A stretch of 64,000 nucleotides of DNA from Minisyncoccia bacterium (GCA_038215155.1 JBBQRF010000003.1:65904-129903), one strand, 5' to 3'; numbered from the stretch's first letter, positions 29,096-39,679 are shown. Notes: generated from the letters alone by a model not told the origin. Numbers and translations are program-made.

Positions 29096-30217
29096 TTACG
29101 CATGCTCTACAAACGAGAGAGCCATTTTTTGTTCGCGAGGATCAAAGAGAGTGATCTTGAAAGTATAGTTTTTGCCGAGCTCTAATTTCTGGCGGAGTTT
29201 CTCTTCACTACCAAATTCAGAAATATGGATGAGGCCGGCAATGCCTTCTTCAATAGAGGCCAGAGCCCCATGCTTGTTGAATTTAATAACTACACCTTGC
29301 ACCACATCATCTTTTTTATATTTATTTTCGGCACTCTTCCAAGGATTATCTTTCAAAGCCTTAATGGAAAGTGAAATCTTACCGTCTTTAATTTCAATAA
29401 TTTTTACTTTTACTTTTTCACCAATATGGAATCGGGTGCGAGGATCTTCTACAAGAGACCAATCAATTTCAGAAATATGCACTAAACCTTCTAGGCCTTC
29501 TTCCACTTTAACGAAGACGCCGAAGTCTACGATGCCGGTTACTTCACCATCTAAATCATCACCGATAGTATATTTGCCGATAATTTTTTCTTTGTCTTTA
29601 AAATCAGGACTCTTTTCCGAGAAAATCATTTTACCTTCTTTTGGCAGTGCAGAAATTATAGAGACAGAAATTTTTTGACCAATTAATTTTTTCAGCTCTT
29701 CTTGAATTTTATCCTTGTCACCATCGAGAACACGAGGGTAGTGCTCAGTCTTTAACTGGGAAGCAGGAAGAAATCCTTGAATTCCTTGCCAGGAGAGAAT
29801 TAATCCACCTTTATTTGCTTCAACGACAGGTAAATCGAGAATTCGCTTGTCGCGAATGGCTTGCTCGGCTTCGCTCCAGATCAGGGCTTGCTTAGCCTCT
29901 TTTAGAGAAAGCTCAATGTAACCTTCTAGATTGTTTACATCAACAATCTTGGCCGCTACAGTATCTCCAATATTTATTCTTTTAATAATGTCGCGCGCGT
30001 TAATGTACTCGCGCCCATAAATAATTCCCGTGCCAAAAGGAGCAAGGTTGACGAAGACTCCGTTTTTATCAATGGCTAAAACTGGACCCTCCACTAAATC
30101 TCCCAAGCTTGGGGGAGTGGGCGAATCAGTAATGAATTTCGTCATCAATGATTCTTTTTTTGGTTTTACTTCTATTTCGCTCTCTGCTTTTACTGCTTTA
30201 ACTGTTGCCTTACTCAT
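29096..30217 (-). CDS. rpsA: 30S ribosomal protein S1 (4 S1 domains)
   Basis: repeated S1 RNA-binding domains (GxV.G.V....FG.FV). Confidence 0.8.
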   Translation of the reverse strand: MSKATVKAVKAESEIEVKPKKESLMTKFITDSPTPPSLGDLVEGPVLAIDKNGVFVNLAPFGTGIIYGREYINARDIIKRINIGDTVAAKIVDVNNLEGYIELSLKEAKQALIWSEAEQAIRDKRILDLPVVEANKGGLILSWQGIQGFLPASQLKTEHYPRVLDGDKDKIQEELKKLIGQKISVSIISALPKEGKMIFSEKSPDFKDKEKIIGKYTIGDDLDGEVTGIVDFGVFVKVEEGLEGLVHISEIDWSLVEDPRTRFHIGEKVKVKIIEIKDGKISLSIKALKDNPWKSAENKYKKDDVVQGVVIKFNKHGALASIEEGIAGLIHISEFGSEEKLRQKLELGKNYTFKITLFDPREQKMALSFVEHA

Positions 30218-30380
30218 ATTTTTAAGAATGAAAAATACCCTCGCGGTTCGCCCTGAATTACTGTCGTGACAAGAGGCGGGTTACGCAATGGGTTCGATAT
30301 TAATAATGAATTTTAGTATACAGATGGAAATTCAAAGTGCAAGCATTCATTATTCTTCTAAAATCTGGTAAGATTTTTTC

Positions 30381-30986
30381 ATGGTCATCACTTACCACGG
30401 TCTAGAATTTTTTAAGTTGCAATTAGGGGATCTTACTGTTGCTTTTAATCCGCCTTCTAAAAAATCTCCTTTTAAGGCGCCGCGATTTGGCGCCGACATT
30501 GTTCTAGTTTCTATGAACAATGTGGACATGAACGGCGCCGATGAATTAAAACATGGTGATCGTACCCCTTTCATTATTTCAGGGCCTGGAGAATATGAAG
30601 TAAAAGAAATTTTTATTCGAGGGCTAGAAAGCCTTCCGGTGACAATCTACACGCTCAACCTTGATGGAATGAATATTTGTTTTCTTGGACCATTATCATC
30701 AAAAGATCTCTCACCTAATATAGTAGAGGCCTTGGACAATATCGATATTTTATTTGTGCCGATTGGGGGTCACGGAGTTTTGAGTGCTGCGGAAGCCTAT
30801 AAACTTGCTGTTAGTCTTGAGCCTAAATTAATTATCCCGATGCATTATGTGGAAGAGGATAAGACGGCATTAAAGACCTTTTTGAAAGAGGCGGGCGAAG
30901 AGGTGAAGCCGGTGGATAAGCTCACTCTTAAAAAGAAAGATCTGGAAGGGAAAGAAGGAGATGTTGTCGTTCTAACTATCGTCTAA
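30381..30986 (+). CDS. MBL-fold metallo-hydrolase
   Basis: beta-lactamase-fold layout with ..IGGHGV.. and PMHY metal-binding motifs. Confidence 0.55.
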   Translation: MVITYHGLEFFKLQLGDLTVAFNPPSKKSPFKAPRFGADIVLVSMNNVDMNGADELKHGDRTPFIISGPGEYEVKEIFIRGLESLPVTIYTLNLDGMNICFLGPLSSKDLSPNIVEALDNIDILFVPIGGHGVLSAAEAYKLAVSLEPKLIIPMHYVEEDKTALKTFLKEAGEEVKPVDKLTLKKKDLEGKEGDVVVLTIV

Positions 30987-30987
30987 A

Positions 30988-31212
30988 ATGAGAAATTTTA
31001 TTCGAAATCTTCGCGCTAAGCCCGAAAGTGACAGACGGCGATTTTTATTACTGAGCAGCGTGGGAATTACTTTAATTATTGTACTAATTTGGCTTGTCAG
31101 TTTTACTAATTCCTATTTATTTAATAATGGAGCCGCGAAGACCACAGAAGTTAATCCGGTCTCTATTTTGAAGAGCAATTTGGGAGCGGTTTATGAGAGT
31201 TTTGGAAAATAA
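30988..31212 (+). CDS. hypothetical small membrane protein
   Basis: 74 aa, single TM; uncertain. Confidence 0.3.
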   Translation: MRNFIRNLRAKPESDRRRFLLLSSVGITLIIVLIWLVSFTNSYLFNNGAAKTTEVNPVSILKSNLGAVYESFGK

Positions 31213-31217
31213 ATTTA

Positions 31218-31330
31218 TTAAATGAAAGATCGCTCCAATAAACCTGCCACTGTCGGGAGCGCTCCGGGCCGCTAGGCCAAGTCTTACTCCCGACAGTGGC
31301 AGGTTTCTCTCCGCTAATTCTTTCATTTTT
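31218..31330. repeat. REP-like long palindromic intergenic element, copy C
   Basis: perfect 20-bp stem aaacctgccactgtcgggag / ctcccgacagtggcaggttt around the same loop cgctccgggccgctaggccaagtcttac; outer arms aaatgaaaga / tctttcattt. Confidence 0.7.
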
Positions 31331-31370
31331 ACTAGAATGAGGTTCATTTTTGTGCTAAAATATAAATAAT

Positions 31371-33848
31371 ATGGCAGAAAAAGGTAAGCAAAAAGGCGGG
31401 GAAGAGAAGCCCTTGCCCGATCCAAAACGTGTCAGCATAGTCCCTCGCAGTTTAGTGACGGAAATGAAAGAGTCTTATTTAGACTATGCCATGTCTGTTA
31501 TTACCGCTCGAGCCCTGCCAGACATTCGCGACGGCTTAAAACCCGTGCATCGTCGTATTCTATTTGCCATGAGTGAATTGGGCCTGACATCAGGAGCAAA
31601 AACTCGAAAATCTGCAAAAATTACTGGAGACGTTACTGGTAATTATCATCCTCACGGTGATGTGGCCGTCTATGAATCATTAGTAAAAATGGCTCAAGAT
31701 TTTTCTATGCGTTACCCTTTGATTATTGGCCAAGGTAACTTCGGTTCAATTGACGGAGACGGCGCCGCCGCCCCTCGATACACAGAGGCTAAAATGTCAC
31801 GTATTGCTGCCGAACTTTTACGTGACCTGGAAAAAGATACTGTAGCGTTTCGCCCCAACTATGAAGGCACTCGCAAAGAACCGGTAGTATTACCGACGGC
31901 CGTTCCTAATCTTTTATTGAACGGTACTTTAGGTATTGCCGTTGGTATGGCCTCGAACATTCCACCTCATAATTTAGGTGAAGTAATTGACGCCACTATT
32001 CATTTAATTGATGAACCGGAGGCGGGCAATCCAGAATTAGTAAAATTTATTAAAGGCCCCGACTTTCCGACCGGCGGAATAATTTATGGCGAGAAAGATA
32101 TTCATCATGCTTATGCCAATGGTAAAGGTCCTGTAGTGGTGCGTGGTGAAGCAGAGATTATTGAGGAAAAGGCGGGCAAATCACAGATTGTCATAACCTC
32201 CATTCCATTTCGCGTAAATAAAGCCGACCTTATTACTAATATCGCTGATCTAGTCCGAGATAAAAAACTAGAAGGCATTAAAGATATTAGAGATGAATCG
32301 ACTAAAGACATTCGCGTTGTTATTGATTTGAAAAACGGCGCCTATCCTCAAAATGTTTTAAATTATCTTTACAAACACACTCAGCTTGAAGAAACTTTCC
32401 ATTTTAATAATGTCGCTCTAGTTGACGGAGTACCTCAGACCCTCACCCTAAAAAGTTTTCTTGAAGAATTTATCAGTCATCGAAAGATTGTTATTCGCCG
32501 CCGCACCGAATTTGATTTGCGGCGGGCGGAGGACAGAGAACACATTTTACTCGGACTGAAAAAGGCTCTGGATCATATAGATAAAGTTATCAAATTGATT
32601 CGAGCGGCTAAAGATGCCGCTACCGCTCACGCCGATTTGCGTAAGGAATTTAAATTCTCTGATAAACAAGCGACTGCAATTTTAGAAATGAGACTGCAGA
32701 AATTGGCGGGACTCGAGCGCAAGAAGATTGACGATGAATTAAAAGAGATCCAAGCACTGATCAAGGATTTAAAGGAAATATTAGCTAGCCCTAAACGAAT
32801 TCAGACAATCATTAAGACTGAGCTGAAAGAAATAAGAGAAAAGTACGCAGACGAAAGAAGAACTAAAATAATTAAACATGGAGCCAAAACTTTATCTATG
32901 GAAGATGTTATTCCGGATGAGGAGTCAGTCTTAGTTTTGACTGCGGGTGGATACATTAAACGGACTAATCCCGATGAGTATCGCCGTCAGAAGAGGGGTG
33001 GAGTGGGGGTAGTAGATCTGGACACAAAAGAAGAAGATTTCATTACTAAATTCTTGACCACGAGCTCTCATAGCGAACTGCTTTTCTTTACGGATAAAGG
33101 CAAGGCCTATCAGATTAAGATGTATGAAATTCCAGAAGGGCGTCGAGCCACTCGAGGGAAGTCTATTATGAATTTCTTGGCTCTTGGCGCAGATGAGAAA
33201 GTAACATCTATTCTGCCTATGCCCAAACTTATGAAGAATAATCCAGTTTCTCTATTAATGGTTACACGCGCTGGCACTGCGAAAAAAGTAAAAGCCGAAA
33301 GTTTTCATGATGTTAGACGAAGCGGATTAATTGCTATTCGCTTGAGTGCCGGTGATGAATTAATATCTGCCTCCTTTGTAGAAAAAGGTGATGACGTAAT
33401 TGTCGTATCAGCTGATGGGCAATCAATTCGCTTTAAAGAATCTGATGTCCGGGAAATGGGACGAAGCGCCGGCGGCGTAAGAGTAATTAGGTTGCCTAAA
33501 AAATCGGAAGTGGTAGGAGCCGATGTTATTAGTAAGAATTTTGTTAACCCCAAACTTTTAGTGATTGCTAAAAATGGTTACGGTAAGCAAACTGATTTGA
33601 AAGAATATAAAATTCAGAAAAGAGGTGGTAGCGGAATTAAGACGGCAAAAGTTACAACTAAAACTGGAGACATTATTGCTTCTAAAGTCGTTTCTGGTTC
33701 TGAAACCGAAATCGTGGCCATTTCTAAAAAAAGTCAGGTCATTCGAGTAGATTTAGCGGAAATTCCATCTCTCGGTCGCCAGACTCAAGGAGTGCGAATA
33801 ATGAAGCTTCGAGAAGGGGACTTCATTGCTTCACTAGTTTGTCTTTAA
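31371..33848 (+). CDS. gyrA: DNA gyrase subunit A
   Basis: [22 protein letters not shown], active-site region, C-terminal beta-pinwheel repeats. Confidence 0.9.
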   Translation: MAEKGKQKGGEEKPLPDPKRVSIVPRSLVTEMKESYLDYAMSVITARALPDIRDGLKPVHRRILFAMSELGLTSGAKTRKSAKITGDVTGNYHPHGDVAVYESLVKMAQDFSMRYPLIIGQGNFGSIDGDGAAAPRYTEAKMSRIAAELLRDLEKDTVAFRPNYEGTRKEPVVLPTAVPNLLLNGTLGIAVGMASNIPPHNLGEVIDATIHLIDEPEAGNPELVKFIKGPDFPTGGIIYGEKDIHHAYANGKGPVVVRGEAEIIEEKAGKSQIVITSIPFRVNKADLITNIADLVRDKKLEGIKDIRDESTKDIRVVIDLKNGAYPQNVLNYLYKHTQLEETFHFNNVALVDGVPQTLTLKSFLEEFISHRKIVIRRRTEFDLRRAEDREHILLGLKKALDHIDKVIKLIRAAKDAATAHADLRKEFKFSDKQATAILEMRLQKLAGLERKKIDDELKEIQALIKDLKEILASPKRIQTIIKTELKEIREKYADERRTKIIKHGAKTLSMEDVIPDEESVLVLTAGGYIKRTNPDEYRRQKRGGVGVVDLDTKEEDFITKFLTTSSHSELLFFTDKGKAYQIKMYEIPEGRRATRGKSIMNFLALGADEKVTSILPMPKLMKNNPVSLLMVTRAGTAKKVKAESFHDVRRSGLIAIRLSAGDELISASFVEKGDDVIVVSADGQSIRFKESDVREMGRSAGGVRVIRLPKKSEVVGADVISKNFVNPKLLVIAKNGYGKQTDLKEYKIQKRGGSGIKTAKVTTKTGDIIASKVVSGSETEIVAISKKSQVIRVDLAEIPSLGRQTQGVRIMKLREGDFIASLVCL

Positions 33849-34376
33849 TTGATGTTTACTAATCCGCAAAAAAATATAGAGTTCGCATACATTGGCGAGG
33901 GAATGAAGGTGGCCGATTTTGGAGCGGCTGTCGGTCACCACGCCATAATGGCGGCGCGACAAGTTGGGGTGGCTGGAGTGGTTTATGCTATTGATGTTCA
34001 GTCGGAATTACTGGCGAAGCTCGCGCGCGAAGCGCGTGGCGAGAAGCTAGAAAATGTCCATATTATTTTAGGAAATATAGAAAAGCCGGGTGGTAGCACT
34101 TTAAAAGAGGGCTCTGTAGATCGAGTACTTTTAATAAACACCCTTTTTCAGCTGGAGAATAAAGCGGCCGCCCTGGAAGAAGCTAAGCGTACTCTGAATA
34201 AGGGCGGCCGCCTCGCCATCATAGATTGGCAGGAATCTTTCGGACAAATTGGGCCGCATGCCGACCATATCGTCAAAGAAAAAGAAGCAATTAAATTGGC
34301 AGAAAGCGCCGGCTTCAAATTGCAAAGCCAATTCGAAGCCGGCCTTCACCATTACGGCCTGCTATTCAGACTCTAA
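33849..34376 (+). CDS. class I SAM-dependent methyltransferase
   Basis: VADFGAAVGHHA SAM-binding motif I and LNKGGRLAIID motif. Confidence 0.55.
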   Translation: MMFTNPQKNIEFAYIGEGMKVADFGAAVGHHAIMAARQVGVAGVVYAIDVQSELLAKLAREARGEKLENVHIILGNIEKPGGSTLKEGSVDRVLLINTLFQLENKAAALEEAKRTLNKGGRLAIIDWQESFGQIGPHADHIVKEKEAIKLAESAGFKLQSQFEAGLHHYGLLFRL

Positions 34377-34402
34377 CTCCCTTGCTATAATTATTTCGAT
34401 AC

Positions 34403-35710
34403 ATGACAACCTTTCAAGTAGTTCTGCTTTCCTTCTTCGGCTTCATTGTAATTGCGGCCGTTCTCCTTTTTGCTTCCGGTGGTTTAGGAACTAGCACTGT
34501 TTCTACTCCTGATCTAACTATGTGGGGGACCTTGCCCTCACAACAAATCAATGATCTTCTGGCCGCTATTGATAATAATCAACGCGGAGTGATTAAAGTT
34601 ACCTATTTTCAGAAAGACCCTGAAACCTTTCATACGGAGTTTACTGGAGCGGTAGCGGAAGGCCGCGGCCCGGACATTATAATGCTTCCTCAAAATGAAA
34701 TATTATTGGAGAGGAATAAATTACTACCTATTCCTCTAGCTACTTTTACCACGCGCGAAATGCAAGATACTTTTGTGGAAGAAGGAGAAATCTTCTACAC
34801 TTCCCGCGGTTTCCTAGGTGTTCCTTTTTCAATTGATCCATTAGTAATGTATTGGAACCGCACACTTTTTCAGAATGCAGGTCTCTCTAAGCCTCCTGTC
34901 TATTGGGATGAATTCTCCACCGTTATTCCTATTCTTACCAAAAAAGATCAGGCCTCTAATGTTACTCAAAGTACAGTAGCGCTCGGAGAAGTAACGAACA
35001 TTGCTCATGCTAAAGAAATTCTTTCCACTTTAATTTTTCAAGCAGGCAATCCTATCACCGCCATTAGCTCACCCACAGATCCTCGTCCAGACAAAGTCTC
35101 GGCCGTTTTAGATCAAAAATTTTCATCGGCCATAGCTCCTACTGAAGCTGCCCTGGATTTCTTTACCCAGTTTGCCGATCCCAACAATCCAGCTTTTTCT
35201 TGGACTCGCGCCTTGCCGTATTCTGCTAATGCTTTCACTAATGGCACCTTAGCTATTTATTTCGGCTTTGCCAGCGACTACGCCATACTCAGAGAGAAAA
35301 ATCCTAACTTAAATTTTGATGTTGCTCCAGTACCACAGCCACGTAGCTCTAGTAATAAAATTACTTTCGGCAATATTACCGCATTAGCAATAGCAAAAGG
35401 CACAAAATATAGTGATGATGCCTACAGCGCTATTCGAGTATTGACCTCTAATTCTTCTATCGGCTTATTAACTGTCGCCACTAACCTACCTCCAGTTCGG
35501 CGAGATCTCCTGGCTACCACTACTCCAACGAGCGCTGCCATGGTTGTCTTTAATAATGCAGCCCTGCAGAGTAAGAGTTGGTTTGATCCAGACCCAGTTA
35601 AAAGTGCTGATATTTTCAAGCGTATGGTTGACGCCATTCAGTCCGGTAGTCGCACTACTAGCGACGCAGTTAGTTCTGCTAACGTTGAGTTACAAAACCT
35701 TATTCCATAA
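34403..35710 (+). CDS. extracellular solute-binding protein (ABC transporter substrate-binding-like), N-terminally membrane anchored
   Basis: signal anchor then periplasmic-binding-protein-like sequence; weak. Confidence 0.45.
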   Translation: MTTFQVVLLSFFGFIVIAAVLLFASGGLGTSTVSTPDLTMWGTLPSQQINDLLAAIDNNQRGVIKVTYFQKDPETFHTEFTGAVAEGRGPDIIMLPQNEILLERNKLLPIPLATFTTREMQDTFVEEGEIFYTSRGFLGVPFSIDPLVMYWNRTLFQNAGLSKPPVYWDEFSTVIPILTKKDQASNVTQSTVALGEVTNIAHAKEILSTLIFQAGNPITAISSPTDPRPDKVSAVLDQKFSSAIAPTEAALDFFTQFADPNNPAFSWTRALPYSANAFTNGTLAIYFGFASDYAILREKNPNLNFDVAPVPQPRSSSNKITFGNITALAIAKGTKYSDDAYSAIRVLTSNSSIGLLTVATNLPPVRRDLLATTTPTSAAMVVFNNAALQSKSWFDPDPVKSADIFKRMVDAIQSGSRTTSDAVSSANVELQNLIP

Positions 35711-35712
35711 TC

Positions 35713-36111
35713 ATGCGAAAATATCTTCCAATTTTTCTAATAATTTTTCTCACCTCAATCACTTTATTAGTTGTCTTTCCAATAATGGTTCAGGGTGCTG
35801 GGGGAATTGTCCCAGATTGCCAAAATGCAGATGGGGGTTGTACTTGGGGAGATTTCATATTGTTAATTAACAAGTTTATTGACTTCTTGTTTTATATCGC
35901 CGGAGCCCTGGCCGCTATTTCTTTTGCATATGCCGGCTTCCTTTACCTGACTTCCATGGGAAGTCCAGAGCAAATAAAAAAAGCCAAAAGTATTTTTGGC
36001 AAAGTAGTGTTAGGATTAATAATAGCCCTCGCCGCCTGGTTAATCGTTAAAGTGATTTTATCAGCTGTCGGTTTGAAACAAGGGCAAGGATATTCGTTGC
36101 TTGGCTTCTAA
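35713..36111 (+). CDS. TrbC/VirB2-like pilin family small membrane protein, paralog 1
   Basis: signal peptide, then two hydrophobic helices split by the charged loop SMGSPEQIKKAKS. Confidence 0.5.
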   Translation: MRKYLPIFLIIFLTSITLLVVFPIMVQGAGGIVPDCQNADGGCTWGDFILLINKFIDFLFYIAGALAAISFAYAGFLYLTSMGSPEQIKKAKSIFGKVVLGLIIALAAWLIVKVILSAVGLKQGQGYSLLGF

Positions 36112-36526
36112 TATGAGATTTATTTATATAACAATTATTCTCAGCATTGTCTTTGTCGGAATTTTTGCTGCGCCAGTGGCTTTGGGAGCACCCGGAGGAC
36201 TTGGTAATTTGGACTCCTTCTCCACTCCAGGAGGATCAGGTAATAATGGGGATCCTAACTCTATTCAAAACCCTCTCCGCAGCAGCGGCACCATATATGA
36301 ATTTATTGCTCAGGTATTAAAAGAAGTAGCCAAGATTGGAGCAGTCATCTGTGTCTTCTTCATTATTTATTCTGGGTTTTTATTTGTTACAGCCAGAGGA
36401 AATCCAGAAAAGTTAACTACGGCAAAAAGCGCCCTAGCTTATACTTTAATTGGCGCCGCTATACTTCTAGGCGCAGGTCTCTTGGCTACTATTATTGAAA
36501 ATACTATTAAAAACTTACGAACATGA
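36101..36526 (+). CDS. TrbC/VirB2-like pilin family protein, paralog 2
   Basis: same architecture, loop ARGNPEKLTTAKS; overlaps neighbours as in a tight operon. Confidence 0.5.
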   Translation: MASNMRFIYITIILSIVFVGIFAAPVALGAPGGLGNLDSFSTPGGSGNNGDPNSIQNPLRSSGTIYEFIAQVLKEVAKIGAVICVFFIIYSGFLFVTARGNPEKLTTAKSALAYTLIGAAILLGAGLLATIIENTIKNLRT

Positions 36527-36831
36527 ATTTCTTACCAATTAATTTTGCTTATGCCCAAAGTGGCAAGGCCACAGATTTTAAAAGCCTAGTGCAGCTTTTA
36601 ATTAGTCTTTTAAACATCTTAATCCCACTAATTATCGGGGTGGCTTTAGTAGTTTTTCTTTATGGCATTGTTCGCTACGTTTTAGGTTCGGGCGACGATA
36701 AAAGTTCGGCTAAAAGCATCATGCTTTGGGGCATCATCGCTCTCTTCGTCATGGTTTCGGTTTGGGGATTGGTGGGCATTCTTCAGAGCACCTTTTTTGG
36801 TGGCACTTTAGGCATTCCGCAGCTAAAGTAA
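36523..36831 (+). CDS. TrbC/VirB2-like pilin family protein, paralog 3
   Basis: LYGIVRYVLGSGDDKSSAKSIMLWGIIALFVMVSVWGLV. Confidence 0.5.
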   Translation: MNFLPINFAYAQSGKATDFKSLVQLLISLLNILIPLIIGVALVVFLYGIVRYVLGSGDDKSSAKSIMLWGIIALFVMVSVWGLVGILQSTFFGGTLGIPQLK

Positions 36832-36930
36832 CCTATCCCCAGCACTCCTTTATAGAGAAGGAAATCTATAGTACAATTATAGAAATAAGATCCGGTCAAC
36901 TTTAAATTTATTAATAAATTAACCATTTAA

Positions 36931-37290
36931 ATGAAAAAGTATATTATTGCCGCTTTAACCGTCGTTCTGCCAGGAGTTGCTTTTGGTCAGCAATTAACTA
37001 ACATCAGTGTCTTAATTAGCTCGGCTACGCACATTCTCAACCAGTTAGTGCCATTCTTTATTGGTCTAGGGTTAGTAGTTTTCCTTTTCGGTATCGTTCG
37101 ATATGTACTTGCTGGTTCAGGAGAGGACAAAGCTTCGGCTCGTAGTATCATGATCTACGGCATCATCGCTCTCTTCGTCATGGTTTCGGTGTGGGGATTG
37201 GTGAATTTTCTCGGTAATGCTCTGGGCTTAAATAATACTCAAAATATTCCTGCTCCAAATATTCCAACCAATAATTCTGGAGGTTACTAA
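36931..37290 (+). CDS. TrbC/VirB2-like pilin family protein, paralog 4
   Basis: LFGIVRYVLAGSGEDKASARSIMIYGIIALFVMVSVWGLV; shares a 45-nt near-identical tract with paralog 3. Confidence 0.5.
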   Translation: MKKYIIAALTVVLPGVAFGQQLTNISVLISSATHILNQLVPFFIGLGLVVFLFGIVRYVLAGSGEDKASARSIMIYGIIALFVMVSVWGLVNFLGNALGLNNTQNIPAPNIPTNNSGGY

Positions 37291-37309
37291 AACTTTCCGG
37301 CCAAGCTAA

Positions 37310-37699
37310 ATGAAGAAGACTCTTCTAATTCTCGCCATACTTTTCGTGCCGGGAGTGGCTTTTGGCCAGAGAGCGCCTACTCTTGGATCTCTGCTAAAAT
37401 CGGGGCTCAACATTCTCAATCTTCTCATTCCGTTTATTATTGGCATTGGTCTGGTAATTTTCCTTTACGGCGTAGTGCGGTATGTCCTGGCGGGAGGCAG
37501 TGAAGATAAAGCAGCAGCAAGACAAATAATGCTCTACGGTATCATCGCGCTATTTGTAATGGTGTCGGTGTGGGGATTGGTGAATTTAATTCGGGACGGA
37601 CTAGGCATTAGTAATAATCCTAATATTGTCGCCCCCACAGCACCCAACAGTGATTTCCCGACAAGTGATGGGGGAGAGTCGGGTATAAGATTTAGATAA
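37310..37699 (+). CDS. TrbC/VirB2-like pilin family protein, paralog 5
   Basis: LYGVVRYVLAGGSEDKAAARQIMLYGIIALFVMVSVWGLV. Confidence 0.5.
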   Translation: MKKTLLILAILFVPGVAFGQRAPTLGSLLKSGLNILNLLIPFIIGIGLVIFLYGVVRYVLAGGSEDKAAARQIMLYGIIALFVMVSVWGLVNLIRDGLGISNNPNIVAPTAPNSDFPTSDGGESGIRFR

Positions 37700-37704
37700 A
37701 AATT

Positions 37705-37980
37705 ATGGATTCAATTGATAAATTACTACAAAGTATTGATGAGGTGATTATAAATCCTCTCATTTACCTGCTTTTTGCTGTCGCGTTAATAGTTTTTTTG
37801 TGGGGAGTGGTAGAATTCGTTATTAATTCAGAGAGTGCCGAAGGAAGAACCAAAGGGAGAGACCATATTCTCTGGGGTTTGGTAGGCATGTTTATAATGG
37901 TTTCCGCTTTTGGCATAATTACTATTATCGTGCGGACATTCGGAATTGATCATAGCGCAGTGGACTCCATACGTCGTTAA
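37705..37980 (+). CDS. TrbC/VirB2-like pilin family protein, paralog 6 (no signal peptide)
   Basis: two-helix core LWGVVEFVINSESAEGRTKGRDHILWGLVGMFIMVSAFGI. Confidence 0.45.
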   Translation: MDSIDKLLQSIDEVIINPLIYLLFAVALIVFLWGVVEFVINSESAEGRTKGRDHILWGLVGMFIMVSAFGIITIIVRTFGIDHSAVDSIRR

Positions 37981-38011
37981 TTTTAAAATAAAAAAATAGG
38001 GAAATAAAATA

Positions 38012-38046
38012 GGCCGGGCAAAGTGATGAAATCACTTTGCCCGGCC
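38012..38046. terminator. bidirectional terminator, 16-bp perfect hairpin (ggccgggcaaagtgat gaa atcactttgcccggcc)
   Basis: perfect inverted repeat with T-rich flanks on both strands between convergent operons. Confidence 0.75.
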
Positions 38047-38048
38047 GT

Positions 38049-38519
38049 TTACTTTCGGAAGACTAGAATGGTCATGGGAGCACTAGCGTTCCCAAACTCC
38101 AGATAGTAACAGCCGTTTCCAATATCAGGCTGTTGCCCTTCTGTCCACAGTCGCTCTGTGCCACTACCATTTACTCGATAGGAACAAGAGCGATGTTCAT
38201 TTCCGACGGATTCCCATCGGAAACCCTTACCCCCAATACTTTTCGGTCCGCCCATTTCTGTGCGAACCCAACCGTGAGTAGGAACCTCTAAGGTAGAAAT
38301 CAAAGCACCGGGTCTTTGAAATTCCAAGGACGACACATCTTCCTTTCTAGAAACTTCTCGGCTGGTTGCGCAGCTTTTGATGGCTGTTGACACCCAGCTT
38401 ATGACTACGATTGCCACCAAGATCTTGAAAATAAGCATTCCGCCTCTGCGCTTTGGCCTAGCCACAGTCACATCAACAGGAGCTCTATAATTCCAATGGG
38501 CCGCCGTTCGTTGTGTCAC
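38049..38519 (-). CDS. hypothetical membrane-anchored protein, possible NfeD-like partner of the SPFH protein
   Basis: single TM then about 100 aa Cys-containing domain; 4-nt overlap with the upstream SPFH gene; elevated GC. Confidence 0.35.
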   Translation of the reverse strand: MTQRTAAHWNYRAPVDVTVARPKRRGGMLIFKILVAIVVISWVSTAIKSCATSREVSRKEDVSSLEFQRPGALISTLEVPTHGWVRTEMGGPKSIGGKGFRWESVGNEHRSCSYRVNGSGTERLWTEGQQPDIGNGCYYLEFGNASAPMTILVFRK

Positions 38520-39493
38520 TTATCTCCTTTCTTCTCGGCTCTCGCGGGTTTACCAGGACCTGATATCTTATTAGCTAGGTTCGTACCCAAACCTCCTACT
38601 CCTATTGACGTCAAATTTTCCAACCCTTTAACATCTCCACTCAGGCGGAGGATATTAACTCGGGCAACCTCAGTCTCGGCCATAAAAAATTCCGTGGCTA
38701 GACTTGGTTCCAAAATACCCTTTACCGACTTAATGAATTCTTTCAGGCGTTGCCCAACAAGGCGTTGATTACGAATTCGCTGTGATTGTTCGTCATATTG
38801 AATATTGGAAATTCTAACAGAGATCACAATGATGCCGTATTTTTTTTGAAACTCCTTGTACTCTTTTTTATTCTGAAAATCTCGCTTAATTGCCGGATTC
38901 ATCGCATGTTGATGGAGATCCTTAGTTTCTTTTTCTTGAAACTTCGAAGAGATCCACGACCCCACAGTCTCGCCAAGTAGATTCGGAACAATTCCGATAT
39001 CATTTCCGGCATAAGCCAGCAGACTCTCTTGACTGCTGGCGTCGACTTTGTAAGTCGCGATCCAGGTTACTTTTAACAAGGTTCCGTCCTTCGTGGGATA
39101 AAACTCCGCTTGCTCTTCCACCGTCTCTGGGTCACCAGAGGTGACCTTTTGGACCAACATGGTAAAACCCATTTCAGGCGTCTCCCAAGGGAATTTCGGA
39201 TGCCCTCCTTCACAGAGGACGAACTTAACCCCCTTATCTTTAGAATTCTTCCACTGGTTTAGCAGTAGTACGCCCTGAAAGGGCTTCACTACCATCCAGA
39301 TCCCCTGTATAGGGGAATTCAGCAGGACGTTGACTAAACTGTAAACTATCACCAAGGTCAACCCAATACTGATTAGGGTATCGAAACCGATTGGAAAGAA
39401 GAGGAGAAGCCCCCTCAAAACCGTCCAAATGATGAGCGTTACTCCTATAATCAGCAGGTAAATGCGCCGCATTTTCTGATTGTCTGTAAGCAT
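38516..39493 (-). CDS. SPFH/Band 7 (stomatin/prohibitin-like) domain membrane protein
   Basis: two N-terminal TMs then Band-7-like core (YPTKDGTLLKVTWIATYKV..GIIVISVRISNIQYD). Confidence 0.55.
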   Translation of the reverse strand: MLTDNQKMRRIYLLIIGVTLIIWTVLRGLLLFFPIGFDTLISIGLTLVIVYSLVNVLLNSPIQGIWMVVKPFQGVLLLNQWKNSKDKGVKFVLCEGGHPKFPWETPEMGFTMLVQKVTSGDPETVEEQAEFYPTKDGTLLKVTWIATYKVDASSQESLLAYAGNDIGIVPNLLGETVGSWISSKFQEKETKDLHQHAMNPAIKRDFQNKKEYKEFQKKYGIIVISVRISNIQYDEQSQRIRNQRLVGQRLKEFIKSVKGILEPSLATEFFMAETEVARVNILRLSGDVKGLENLTSIGVGGLGTNLANKISGPGKPARAEKKGDK

Positions 39494-39595
39494 AATTCCT
39501 TTCGCGTTGTTGAAATTTCAAAGAACCGTTATGGTTCAATTCACTGTGGACTATATCATAAAATATTGGAAAAGTCAAAGAGTAGAAGATTGTTG

Positions 39596-39679
39596 TGCTG
39601 GGGAGAGGACTTGAACCTCCATGAACTTGCGTTCGCTAGCTCCTAAGGCTAGTGCGTCTGCCAATTTCGCCACCCCAGC
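39596..39679 (-). tRNA. tRNA-Leu (anticodon TAG)
   Basis: reverse complement GCTGGGGTGGCGAAATTGGCAGACGCACTAGCCTTAGGAGCTAGC..GGTTCAAGTCCTCTCCCCAGCA, long variable arm. Confidence 0.85.
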
